Assembly (NCBI GenBank): GCA_965112155.1
Contig: OZ218114.1
Length of the DNA: 64,000 bases
Source of the DNA: Podarcis liolepis
Taxonomy: Eukaryota
Reading direction: 5' to 3' (one strand)
Below are positions 11,614 to 24,320 of this stretch, in pieces. How positions within the stretch are numbered: position 1 is the first letter of the stretch; every line of letters starts with the position of its first letter. The notes below the pieces were generated by a model. That model had not been told where the DNA came from. It did no database searches and saw only the letters and a program-made list of their open reading frames with translations. A program made the translations under genes and the position numbers.

Positions 11614-12221
11614 CTGCAGAAGGAACACACACAAGCACAGATTAAGGAGGAACATATTGTCATTTACGTAGCCTTTCCAGGGAAAAGCCTCGCCCGGTGA
11701 AGCCAAGAATCTCGCCTTCCATCTGCCTCCCAAGTAGAGAAAAATCTGCTGAACCTCAGAAGCTGCTGGACGGGAGATTGTGGACCTGAGCCAGCAAGTG
11801 AGCAGCCAACACAGATAGCAACTACTGGGAGAAAATACAAAAACAGTAGTCTAGTTCATGCCAACAATTTCTTGCAACTGGCTGGACATGCTGGGTGTGA
11901 GGTGACAGAGGGGGTGTCTCTTAAAAGGATCAGAGGGTTGGGGTTTGGGAGAAAGTGTGCAGGGGGGGGGGGGTTGGAACTCTCATTTTATTGTAACATT
12001 TGTGTATTGCCCATTAAAGGCATAGGAGCCCTGATGAAGTTGCAGTTCGGAACTGTTTGGTTCCTGCAAGCACTGGCGGGGTTGGCCAGTGTGGTGCCTT
12101 CTAGATGGTGCTGGTCTGCAGCTCCAATTATTCCTGACCATGGGCAATTCTGGATGAGGCTGATGGGAGGTTGAAGTCCATCTGGAGGGCACCACATTGG
12201 CTGCTCCTGTCCCAATGAGTA

Positions 12222-13673
12222 CAGTGGTGCCTCGCAAGACGAAATTAATTCGTTCCGCAAGTTTTTTCTTCTTGCGGGTTTTTCGTCTTGCGAAGCACGG
12301 TTTCCCATAGGAATGCATTGAAAATCAATTAATGCGTTCCTAGGGAAACCGCTTGCCAGGCTGGCGGTGCGGAGAAGGGCTTTTCTCCGCACCGCAAGCC
12401 TTCAGCACAGGTACGGGAACAGAGGGGAAGGGGCGCAGCGCTTTCCCTCTGTTCCCGGGGCTTGCGTGGGAGGAGGGTTTTTCCTCCCCACCGCCAACAT
12501 TCAGAACAGCATTCAGAATGTTGGCGGTGGGAAGGAAAACCCTCCTCCCACCCCAAGTCTTCAGGAAAGCCATCCGATGCCGGGCGGCGGGAGAAGGCTT
12601 TCCCCCTCCCGGCATCGGAGCTTCGTCCCGATGCCGCGCGGCGGGGGGAGACGTTCCCCCTCCGCCGCCGGGCATCGGGGCTTCGTCCCGATGCCACGCG
12701 GCGGGGGGAGAAGTTCCCCCTCCGCCGCCCGGCATCGGGGCTTCCTCCCGATGCCGCGCGGCGGGGGGAGACGTTCCCCCTCCGCCGCCCGGCACCGGGG
12801 CTTCGTCCCGATGCCGCGCGACGGCGGGAGGCTTTCCCCCTCCGCCGCCCGGCACCGGGGCTTCGTCCCGATGCCGCGCGGCGGCGGGAGGCTTTCCCCC
12901 TCCGCCGCCCGGCACCGGGGCTTCGTCCCGATGCCGCGCGGCGGCGGGAGGCTTTCCCCCTCCGCCGCCCGGCACCGGGGCTTCGTCCCGATGCCGCGCG
13001 GCGGCGGGAGGCTTTCCCCCTCCGCCGCCCGGCACCGGGGCTTCGTCCCGATGCCGCGCGGCGGCGGGAGGCTTTCCCCCTCCGCCGCCCGGCACCGGGG
13101 CTTCGTCCCGATGCCGCGCGGCGGCGGGAGGCTTTCCCCCTCCGCCGCCCGGTACCGGGGCTTCGTCCCGATGCCGCGCGGCGGCGGGAGGCTTTCCCCC
13201 TCCGCCGCCCGGCATCTGGGCTTCGTCCCGATGCCGCGCGGCGGGGGGAGCCGTTCCCCCTCCGCCGCCCGGCACCGGGGCTTCGTCCCGATGCCGCGCG
13301 GCGGCGGGAGGCTTTCCCCCTCCGCCGCCCGGCACCGGGGCTTCGTTCCGAAGCCGCGCGGCGGCGGGAGGCTTTCCCCCTCCGCCGCCCGGCACCTGGG
13401 CTTCGTCCCGATGCCGCGCGGCGGGAGGAGGCTTTCCCCCTCCGCCGCCGGGCATCGGAGCTTCGTTCCGAAGCCGGCGGCGGGAGGAGGTCCGAGGACA
13501 GTGGGGAAGACGCGCTGCGCTTCCCCGCTGTCCCTGAGATTTCCCTATGGGCTGTCGTCTTGCGAAGCAAGCCCATAGGGAAATTCGTTTTGCGAAGCGC
13601 CTCCAAAACGGAAAACCCTTTCGTCTAGCGGGTTTTCCGTCTTGCGAGGCGTTCGTCTTGCGGGGTACCACTG
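12222..13673. mobile_element. Tc1/mariner-type MITE, family C, carrying a GC-rich minisatellite (JAM3 intron 2)
   Basis: TIRs CAGTGGTGCCTCGCAAGACGAA / TTCGTCTTGCGGGGTACCACTG with TA flanks. Same ends as 44069-44483. Confidence 0.92.
12573..13490. repeat. 60-bp GC-rich minisatellite, about 15 units
   Basis: Unit TCCGCCGCCCGGCACCGGGGCTTCGTCCCGATGCCGCGCGGCGGCGGGAGGCTTTCCCCC repeats in exact register with the 60-nt sequence lines. Confidence 0.97.
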
Positions 13674-14352
13674 TAGCTTGATGGCACCTGACAATGTTTG
13701 GCACTGAAGCAAAAGAGGATCAGGCCTGGTTAACATCCGGGTGAAGACTGGCTTTCCTGACCATCCAGTTCTTCAGAAGGGTCATAACTCAGGGACAGAA
13801 CACATGTTTTGCATGCAAAAAGTCCCAGGTTCAACCTCTGGCATATCCGGGTAGGGGTGAGGAAGACTTCTGGTTCAGTTTACACACAAGCCAAGGCATG
13901 ACTTGGTGCAGAAGCATGGACTCCTGGAAAGTAGATCACAGTAACTTCGGCCTTCTTCCAATACTGCTTCTGTTGCACGGCTGTGAGCTAAGCATTGCTT
14001 TGGCTTAGGCTGCCATCCGAACCCAGGCTTGTGATTTGTCCCCAACCCAGAACAAACTTTGGTTGCAGCTTGTGGTTTATCGGGAACAAGATGAACCATG
14101 AATCTGGTTTCGGCCTACACGCTAAGCCAAGCCATGGCTTGGCTCACAGCAGCAGCAGGACCAAAAGGGGAGCAAAGCGGCCATTATCTCCTCTCCAGGA
14201 GCCCCCACGTTTGTGCTAAGCCGTGTTTCGACTTTCTTTCAGAGACTGTGAACAGCCTCTGCTGTTCAGTGTAGACAATATTAAGCTATATGGAACTAAA
14301 GTATTGACCGCAAAAAGTAGCTTCCAATGTTTCTTTGCCTTGCCACACTTAC

Positions 14353-14418
14353 GGTAAAATTCCTGCACCACGGGGTTCAAGTCAGTGGAAAACAGCTCTA
14401 CGGCCAAGATTCTGTAGC
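14353..14418 (-). CDS. JAM3: JAM3 exon 2 (RYRILAVELFSTDLNPVVQEFY)
   Basis: AG acceptor, GTAAGT donor, 66 nt, phase 1-1. PVVQEF matches the JAM-C N-terminus. Confidence 0.93.
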
Positions 14419-16477
14419 CTATGAAAAACAAACAAGCGGCAGCATAAGAAACAAGAAAGGCACCTCATACATTTCTGGCCTGGAAACATTCACTTGAAGC
14501 TCTGCACCACCCCATCAAATCCCTGGAAATAAAAAAGGGGCGAGTTTAGCAAAATCTGATGTAATCCTTGCTGAACTACCTACTCAGATTTAGCAGGGTT
14601 AGGGTGGTGGTAGTTATGTACAATTATATGATTCTGCTCTGCAACAGGTGGCCCAATACTAATTTAATAGAAGTGATTGACTTCTCTTCCACTTGAAAAT
14701 ATAGTAGCAGGAAAATAATTGTTCTACAATATGTCATCAACAGTTCAAATTAGACCTCAGCACCTGCAGGGTGTGAAATAGCAGTCTGTGCACTGCATGA
14801 TGCCTTAGGTCGTCATGCATGTGCATTTATATTGGGTGTGAAATGTTGTTTAGCCTGGCAGACCAGGTCCTTAGCTCCCCAACGGGACATCAGGAAACTC
14901 GCTTCCTTTGCTGTGCAGCTTAAATTCAAGCCATGCTGCAAAGGAGGATCCCAGGTGATCCAAGAAAGGCTTGATCAAGGCCTTCAAGCCCAGCTTTTGG
15001 CGGGAAAAGGTGGTTGGGATTGATAGCTGTGGGCATCCAACAACATCTAGAAGGCCACAGGCTCCTCATCCCTTGGTTACAGGAACCTGATGTAGATACC
15101 TCACTGAAGCTAAGCAGGTCTAAATCTGCTTATCTAGGAACCCCAAGTATACCATCCTTTTTTCCATCATGGTAGAGGGGGGATGTAAATGTAACAAATG
15201 AAAAAAAATGAATTAGAAGATGGAAGCGAAGAAGGCAGCCAGCACTGTATTATTGTAAGCTCAGCACTTCAAAAACAGGCTCCAGGCCACACAGAAGCTC
15301 CTTTCATTCCTCCAGCTTTGATTCCAATCTACGACTTAAGAGAATCTGTCTTTTTTTATACCCTCACTTTCCTCCCCCTTCTGAGGTAAATACATCTCGC
15401 TAATCCCAGCAAAAATCCAAGGCATTAAAGCAACTCGCTGAAAAGAAGCCCCAGAGTAAGCAGAGGAAAATCCCTCTGAACTCCTCCTGACATTTCTACA
15501 AAGATGTCACCACAGAGACCAGGCAAGGAGAGAGGGCGTTTTGCTCACTGTATTCCGTATGTCCCCTCCCGGAGGGAGGCTGCCAAGCAAACACTCGCTT
15601 TTCTGACCTAAAGAGTTACATAGTGCTTTTTGGAGAGCTTGAGCAACTTGCCAACTCTGGTGGTGAATCTGTGGTGAAATCCCAGCAAGAGGGGCAGGAG
15701 ATTTATTTGTGTCCGGCATTTCCTCCTAAGAAGCTCAAGGCAGCCTAGTTGGGTATCTTTCCTCTCCTCCCCTCTATTTATTTGCACAATACCCTTGTGA
15801 GGTAAATTAGGCGATGTCTTGATAAATTGTCTGAATCTGGTATGGCGTTCAGATCGCGATACTGGTTGTCAGACAATTTGAACTGGCAATGCATTGCGCC
15901 AGCTCAAATCGCCTGCGGATGACAAAGGTGCAAACAGACAGACAGACAGAGCCTGAGAAGGTTGTGGGTGAGCACCTTCTCGGGCTCCGTCTGCCTGCCT
16001 GCACCTTTCAAACATCACAAGTCTCTTCTTTATTTTTGCCACGAACAGTCCAATATGACTTACCCTCTGGTAATAATATATGTGTTGTCCAATAGCTGTG
16101 AGGATGGAGTGAAGAGCCACTACTGCAGAACACCCCAAGCCCTACCTAGCGCAACCTGAGAACCTCTAAGGCAAGGGAGTCTAGCGCCGCTCGATCTCTG
16201 GTTGCTTCAGTTTAGAGCACACCCAAAGTGTGACAGTGTCACAGGATCACTGGACACAGTGCAGCTCATTGCTCTTTTGGCTGCTGCTCTGTGGGCAGCG
16301 CAAGCGCCTTTCAGAGAGAGAGTGATACAAATCAAGGCATCCAGGCCGTGTCAAACTGGACGCACATGGACATCGAGGTTTTTTGCGGCGGCTTGCTCCA
16401 ACAACTGCCCTGTGGCATTGAAAGCACTGGCACGAGAACACAGACTTGTCCCTTTCTGCCTGGATCCACCCCAGAAC

Positions 16478-16665
16478 CATAGCTGTCAACCTTCCCTTTT
16501 TTTGCAGGAAATTCCCTTATTCCAGCGCCGTTTCCCGCTGCTTCCCGCTGCTATCCCAGATTGTTAGATATCCCGTAGACTGTCCCCGGGACAGGTGAGG
16601 CTGCTGATCCCTTATTTTCAAGGCTGCCGATCCCTTATTTTCAAATTTGAAAGTTGACAGCTATG
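16478..16665. mobile_element. hAT-type MITE
   Basis: TIR CATAGCTGTCAAC / GTTGACAGCTATG. 8-bp TSD CCCAGAAC / CCCAGAGC. Confidence 0.85.
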
Positions 16666-19600
16666 CCCAGAGCGCAACAATTTTTGAACCAGCTCTTGCA
16701 TGGCACTACATTTGAAATTCAATTACTCTACACTGTTGAGCAGGCCAGCTCTTACCTGCCTCCCAGAGGTACTATCTAAGCTTAATACTACAGGGTGGAT
16801 CCCTTGCCCAGGGTCGTGGCAAGGATAAAAGTTGGGGGACCCACCTTGCAAGATAAGATGCAATACATAAATTAATGTAATACAAAAATTAAAAATTCTC
16901 CCTATGGACTGAATCACCCCTTGCTCAGCAAGAGCAAAGGACTACCGCTTACAAACGAACAACCACATAGGAAACAGACAGTCACCCTGTACACTGATAA
17001 GGAGTTATAAAAAGCCCACCCTCCCACTACAGCCCAGCAGCTTCAAGAAAACACCCCATCCATCTTTGCTGCAATTACAGGACACCCACACTTGCAAGAT
17101 ATTTATTTTTACCACCCACACACAGCAGCAGGACACAATCAGAGACACGCGTTTCTTGCTGCTTGCTTGTGATGGAGGCAAGGACCCCACAGGGCCCTGC
17201 CAAACAATTAAAAAAACAAAAACCTGTCAACAAGTGGCAAGACACGCATGCAACAAGAGAGGGCAAGAACCTGCTAAGCAATGAGCAAAAAGTTTTTTGT
17301 GGCATCCTCCTCTGCTCCATCTCTCATCCTTCCCTTTTCACATACATATGTAAAAAAACAAAAAACAAACTGCCTTGCTGAACCCACCAGGTTAGATCTC
17401 CAACTACAGCTGGTCAGATGCTCCGAAAGCTCATTAGCAAGGCATGCGGGCAACAGGCGCTACACCAGCCTCATCTGACTCTCCTTTTGCAAGCAGAAAC
17501 TCCTCTATCAGCATATCTTGTACTGTCCACCTTCCTTTTTTTGCTTTTTTTATTTTGTTAATGCTACTGCCTCCTTTCCTCCCCCACCCATGCACTAGGG
17601 TTGCTGATGGGAAGCAGGAGGGATTGGGCAGATGGCAACAATAAGGGTCAGGGGCCGGAAACATCAAGGGAGACAATGGATTTCCCTCCAGTTTTGTTTA
17701 GTTTTCTCACACGTAAACACAGCATCCCCCCAACCGGGCTCACTGGTTTCTTTTTGTACTCGGGGTGGGGGGTGGGGGTGGGTCTGAACAGCTAGGATCA
17801 GGAGAAAGGAAAATTCCAATTACATGCAAGAGAAATCGACCAGGTGTGTGTCAGTTTTGGATCACACATGACAGGATCTGAAAATGGGGCTAGTAGCTCT
17901 TGGTGGAAATCTGCAGCGGGGGGGGGGGATATTTGGGGAGGGGCTTATTTCACTCTTCAGACCCCCAGCCAGTGAAAAACCTAGAGGGGGGGGGGAAACA
18001 AAGATAATGGTGGCACTTTCCCCTCCATCCTTTTTGCTGGTTCACACACATACATGTCAATTCCTTGTGGTTTACAACATCCAGTGGTGCCTTGTATATG
18101 TAAACGAGCCATCCCTGTGGTGTAGTGGTAAATTTCCAAGGGCTCGTCATGCCAGCCCCCACAGCCAGGCCGCTAAAGAGAGTCCAAAAAAAATTAGGCA
18201 GATGTGCTGATATGTTGATGCATGCACACAAACAAGATACACACCCAAAGCACAGCAGCACATAGCACAATATCCAGTTTATTAGGGTCAGTAGACTGCA
18301 ATCTTAAACACAATGGTGCTTACTTCTGGGCTGCCATAGGTTCAACTTGAAAAAACAAATGGAGCTTCAAATGTAACCTGTAGCTTTTAATTGGAAATGC
18401 AAACCATCTTGCAAAGACTGTTACTATTTAAGTTGGTAGCACGAAAGGGAATAAATGGACAGCCTCCGATTACTATTTTCTCCATTCTCCCAATGTGTTC
18501 TATGCTCACCTCACAAACAATAGTAAAACTTGAAAGCCTCACTCATTTTCCAGGCCCCAGAAAGTCTGTAAATCATCCTGATATTCCAGAAGATGCTCTA
18601 GCAGATCACATAATCACTCCTGCTCTGAAAAAAAAACCCCGTCCTGGAATCAGTGGTCTTCCCCCCCCCCTCCCTGCCCAGTCTTGAAATTGCAATCCAA
18701 TATACCATCGGCTATCACAGTTCAAACACCATAAACGAAACGAAACTTTCATGTTACCTTCTAAGCAAGGCTTTTCGATTAAGGTAGCTTATGCATTCAT
18801 CTGCCAATCACCAAATGCATCATGAAGGACAGAGAAATCAAGTGTGAACTGGCTTTCAGCCTATAAAAAGCAAAGGTAGCCATGTTGTCCCATAAGGGGG
18901 AGGGGACCAAAATCAACAGTTGGGCAATGTTTTCTGGCCCAATTGTGGATTTTGGAAGTTTTTTCCATTATAAACTGAAAAAGATGTCATTAGTCTGCTT
19001 CAGCTCTGATGGGCAAAATGCATTCCTGCCTGTGCCAGCACTTCACAGGATAAACTCTCTCACACACAGCAAAATGTGAAAGCGGAATATCTTCAGTTCA
19101 AGGACAATGATCCTGTACCCTTCTGGCTTTTCAATATTCGTTAGTGTGTGCCTGAGTTCCAAGCAATAACGAAGGACTAAAATGTCAACGTTTAATCCCC
19201 AATTCCTATGCGTACTAACCTCCTGCATCTCTATTTCTACCCATCACAATGATGGAATCGCAAAGTGTCAGTGCCGGACTGCAAGGCTGCAACTTCTCCC
19301 TCTCGGGGGTAAAATACAAGATGCAAAGTTTAAAGGGGTCAGCATTCTTGGGCATCTGCCAATGCCTGCCCCAAGCCCCCCTCTCGTTACTTTTTTCTAA
19401 CCCTTAAATCCAATCAGCGTGAGGCAGCTGGGTCTAGCCACCTTTCTGTTTCCCACAATGTCCCTGTCCTAGCATCACTCTGGAGCATTAGTAAAGCTGC
19501 CACCCCCTACTGGTAAGGCTACCAAAGATAAGTTTACCCAGAATCCGCAGCATTATTATTACTTTAAATCAAGAGTGGCAATACCCACTGGCATTAATCA

Positions 19601-19707
19601 TGTTCAAATAACTGTGCAAACATGGACACACAGATTTTGTCAAATCAAAGCTGGCCCATTCTCATGTGCACTGCAAAATTACATGCCCCCCAAACTTCCC
19701 ACAAATA

Positions 19708-19938
19708 CAGTGATACCTCAGGTTAAGAACTTAATTCGTTCTGGAGGTCCGTTCTTAACCTGAAACTGTTCTTAACCTGAAGTACCACTTTAGCTAATGG
19801 GGCCTCCCACTGCCGCCATACGATTTCTGTTCTCATCCTGAAGCAAAGTTCTTAATCCAAGGTACTATTTCTGGGTTAGCGGAGTCTGTAACCTGAAGCG
19901 TCTGTAACCTGAAGCATCTGTAACCTGAGGTACCACTG
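19708..19938 (-). mobile_element. Tc1/mariner-type MITE, family A, inverted relative to the 4929 copy
   Basis: Reverse complement aligns with 4929-5170. TA flanks. Confidence 0.88.
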
Positions 19939-21442
19939 TACAAAATCACATATATATACATACACACACACATGCATGCATGCAAAGATCTTTTCTGGGC
20001 TCTTTTGTTGTCTGGAAAATATTACAAATCAGATATTCATGCCAAGAACCAGAAATCCATCAGAATAATCTATGAAAGGAACATCAACAGCAGGAAAAGA
20101 AATTGTTAGGAAACAAAAAGAGCTTTCAAGCGGAAAGAACTTGGGAAAATGAAAAGTATTTCCTACTCAGTTGTGGACCCCACCCTGCCTGACACTCCTA
20201 TATTAGGGCTGTGTTCCCTGCCAGAAATCCCATAATTAGTCTAGCATGAAAGGAGTTAAAAACTGCCTCACCAAAGCAAAGTCAAAACAGAGCATTTAGC
20301 AATAGAGACAAATTCTTCCAAATCCTCAAGCTCCTTGTCCCCTTGCTCTCTCCTGCTATTTTTAGCCTTGTGTTTTCCAAATGTGCCAAGTGTTCCTTAT
20401 GTTATCACTGTCAGAGGCCCCCTTTTCCCACAGTCACTCGGCTCGCGCCCTGGGATGAAGCAAAACTACCCCTGCGTTCATGGTTTGGCCTCAAATGTTG
20501 AGGTGCCGTCATTACTTAGCGAGCAAAGGGCATTTCAGCAAATCCACATCAGCGCTATGATCACATTTATTTGACAGTTAATTCTAAATGCATGCATAAC
20601 CCCGGTCAGCAACTCATTATTAACCTGGCCATGTTTTGAATTGTAAAGGGGTCATAGGAAGCTGCCTTATACTGAGCAAGACCACTGATGTATCTAGATC
20701 AGTATTGCCCACACTGGCTGGCAGCAGCTCTCCACGATTTCAGACAAGGGACCTTCCCATTCCTATCTTATTCATTTATTGCATTGCATTGTATTGCACC
20801 CTTTTCTCCAAGGACCTCAAGGCGATGTACGTGGTCCCTCCCTCCTTCATTTAATCCCCACAACAACCCTGTGACGTAAGTTAGGCTGAGAGACAGTGAC
20901 TGACCCAAGGTCACCCGCTGAGCTTTGTGGCCAGAGCTGAGATCTGAGCTCTGGTCTCCCAGGACTTTAACCACTACATCATACTGGATCTCTGGAGACG
21001 CCAGAGATCAAACCCGGGACTTCCTGCATTAAAAGCACTAAGTTTCAGCCTTCCTCAGGACAGCCGAAGAGCAGACACAGCTGCCAACTGAGTCATTCTC
21101 ACACAAACTGAAGTGGCACAAAGGACTCTTCAACTCCCCACGAACAGCAACAGTGGTTTTGGCACAGAGGCCTCCCTCCCTGCTGTGTGCATCACAGCTA
21201 TGGAGGCTTGTAAACAGCATCTTGTTCTCACAGCGGCCAACCAGATGCCTGTGGCAAAACCTGCAAGCAGGACCAGAGTCCTCTCCCATCGTTTCCAGCA
21301 ACTGGTCTTCAGAAGCATTGCTGCCTCCAACTGAGGAGGCAGGAGGCAGAGAATAGCTACTGTGGCTAGTAGCCATTGATATCCATTTGTCTCATCCCCT
21401 TTTAAAGCCATCCAAGTTGGTGGCCATCATTGCTTCCCATGG

Positions 21443-21762
21443 GAGCTTGAAGCGTCTCCACCTCCATCGTTCTGCCCGGACACTGAGGTCCAGCGCCAAG
21501 GGCCTTCTGGCGGTTCCCTCGCTACGAGAAGCCAAGTTACAGGGAACCAGGCAGAGGGCCTTCTCTGTGGCACCCGCCCTGTGGAACGCCCTCCCACCAG
21601 ATATCAAAGAGACAAATAACTACCAAACTTTTAGAAGACATCTGAAGGCAGCCCTGTTTAGGGAAGCTTTTAATGTTTAATAGGTTATTGTATTTTAGTG
21701 TTCTGTTGGAAGCCGCCCAGAGTGGCTGGGGAAACTCAGCCAGATGGGCGGGGTATAAATAA

Positions 21763-21810
<48 letters not shown>
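21443..21810 (+). mobile_element. L2 LINE 3' end with (TTA)n tail, nested in a CR1 fragment (about 21200-21930, minus strand)
   Basis: RAFSVAPALWNALP...FRRHLKAALF L2 C-terminus, GCCGCCCAGAG...GGGCGG 3' stem-loop and microsatellite tail. Confidence 0.88.
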
Positions 21811-24084
21811 TCTTTGATCCATCCTGAATCTTCCAACTTTCATCTTCATTGGATGTCCATTGAATTCCAGAGCTACGAGAAAGGGAGAAAAACTATTCTC
21901 AATTCACTTTCTCCATTCCTTGCATAATTTTATAGGACTGTGTTAATAAAATAAAATAAGAAGACAATGAAGCATGGCTGAAGCCTTGTTTGCAGTCCGC
22001 GCTGGGAGCGATCGCTTTGACACGGTTGGGCCTGCCCTTGCTCTCCCTCACAGCATCAAGTTCAGCAGAGGTCTCGACCGTGTGAAATCACCACGCAATA
22101 TTTGACATCTGCCTTTGACGGCAGAGATGCACGCAGCTGGTAATGTGGGCACCTCTCCCTTTCGGTTTCCTTTGCAGCCTCCGCAGCTGCGAGGCTTGAA
22201 GGACCGGCATGTCCTTCTTCTCTGTGGCGTTTTCTGCAATCTAACACAAAGGGATGCCCTTATGCCACATCTCCCTTGGCCAAGGAAGTAAGGAAAACAA
22301 TGGGGCCTTCTATCTGGTGTCGGATCATAACGTCACTTCTACCTCACAGGGTGGTGTGAGAGAATTTAGTGGTTTTGCAGAGATGGCAACATGCACTTAG
22401 GTCTGTGTGGGGAATCATGGCCCTCTTGGGCCTCATAATGAAGAACATTTCCTCGCAAGTTCTGCCACACAGCTGCACCTGATGTGAGGTAACATTCAGG
22501 GTGGTGATTCAGACAACCAAGTTAACCCCGGAGGTAACCAGATCAATTGTCTGTATGGGTTCTCTGACAACAAGATCAACAATAAGGCATTGTTTGGGCA
22601 GGCTCAGCTTTTCCCATGAGTGCAGCTCTCCACGGTGAGAAGTGGCACGTGCCAACATTCTCACTTCTGCTCCATCAAGCGATCTCCGTCCCATATGGAA
22701 GATGACATTCCAAACCGTCTGAGCTCAGATGCTACTGGACAAAATTCACTGTGGGCATCACCAAAGATGCACTCCAAAGCGAAATGGGTGAAGCAGGCCA
22801 TGTGAATAATGCATGAGTTCATCTGGTAAGGGACCTCCTCTCCTTCCGATGGCCTGTCACATGTCAGATCTCTCCTCTACTTGGAGCCCTCCTAGGAAAG
22901 CGAGCAGATCTGGGAAGCTCAATCTAATTATGAGGAGCTAATGAGAACCGACCTGCCCTTAAGATACCCAAGGCCGACTCCACGGCACTCGCGGTACAAT
23001 CAGGGCAACTGACCTGGAATAGCAGGACAGCTCAGCAGGTCATATGGCCAAGGAGCCCAACTTGATTAGTGCTAATTCAATTGTGCCTGGGTGCCTTTCT
23101 TAGGCCCACCAAGGTAGTAGTTCTCATCCCCTCCTTTCTTTCTCCCCAAAAAAGAATTATAATAGCAGTTATGTTTCAAGGTGCCAAAGCACTTTGCATA
23201 CTTTCTCTCAAGCAATCTGCACAACAACCCTGTAATGTACAAACTAGTATTATGATCTCCACATTGCAAGAGGGAGGATCATGGCTTACTCAAGGCCATT
23301 TAGCGAGTTTGTGGGTAAGGAAGGGCTGCCAGGTTTTAACTGTTCCAGTTCGAGGGCCTTCAACACTCACTCAACACACAAAAATTAAGGAACTTTAAGC
23401 TTTCCTTATTATTTTATCCTCATGCCAGGAAAAGCTTTGTTCTATAAACTTCTATGTTGCTGTTAAAAACCGAGCTGAAGAGCTAGGAAAATGTTGGCAA
23501 CCCTTCCTTTGCTGGAACAGGAGTTCCTCCTAGCACTAACACAAAAATTATGTCAAAACAGCTGCATTCTCACTACATAAAATAACTGCACGCCGGTGCA
23601 ATGCAGCTACTGGCCGTATCTGGCGAAATAAAAGGGAAATTTGGGGTTAGGTGGCACAAAGCAGGGCAGGGCATTGAAGGAGTAGCAAGGAGCTGCCACA
23701 GAGGATTTAGCAGCAGATCCTACATTCCATTGCTCATGGGAAAATATGAAAGTGGGTGATGGGGCAAGTCTTTATTTTGAAAAAATAACCATCTCCAGAA
23801 TGCAGATGGTGCGATGGGAATGTCTCAGCTGCTGCCTTTCTCCCAGTAAGGCAGCTGTTCAAAAGTACAGGAGCCCAGTTAGGAAAGGGGTGGGAATATT
23901 GCAGTCAAACGGCAAAGAGGTAGTGGTGGAATTAAGCAACGCGGTTAGGTAACAACATTCCACCATCTTCCTTTCCCAGGGGATGCTGTGAGGCTCCATT
24001 ATACAGAAACAATGCAATGACTCAAGGAATCACTGCTCTATACCAGGTGTCCCTCTCTTAGCCACCCACCAGCTGCCCATTGGA

Positions 24085-24285
24085 GATGTCAATGAGATAA
24101 GTAACTACACAACTTTCAGAAGACATCTGGAGGCAGCCCTGTATAGGGAAGTGTTTAATGTTCGATGTTTTGTTGTGTTCTTATATCTGTTGGAAAAAGT
24201 CCAGAATGGCTGGGGAAACCCAGTCAGATGGGTGGGGTACAAATAAATAATAATAATAATAATAATAATAATTTATTTATTTATT

Positions 24286-24320
<35 letters not shown>
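24085..24320 (+). mobile_element. L2 3' fragment with compound AAT/TTTA/TTA tail
   Basis: Similar to 21600-21760. Confidence 0.75.

Noticed and set aside
12573-13490. CRISPR-like array
   Set aside because: The units are contiguous with no unique spacers, there are no cas genes, and the context is a vertebrate intron.
12329-13704. Five overlapping 388-454 aa ORFs on both strands
   Set aside because: They are artefacts of a stop-free GC-rich 60-bp tandem repeat inside a MITE, with low-complexity translations in every frame.
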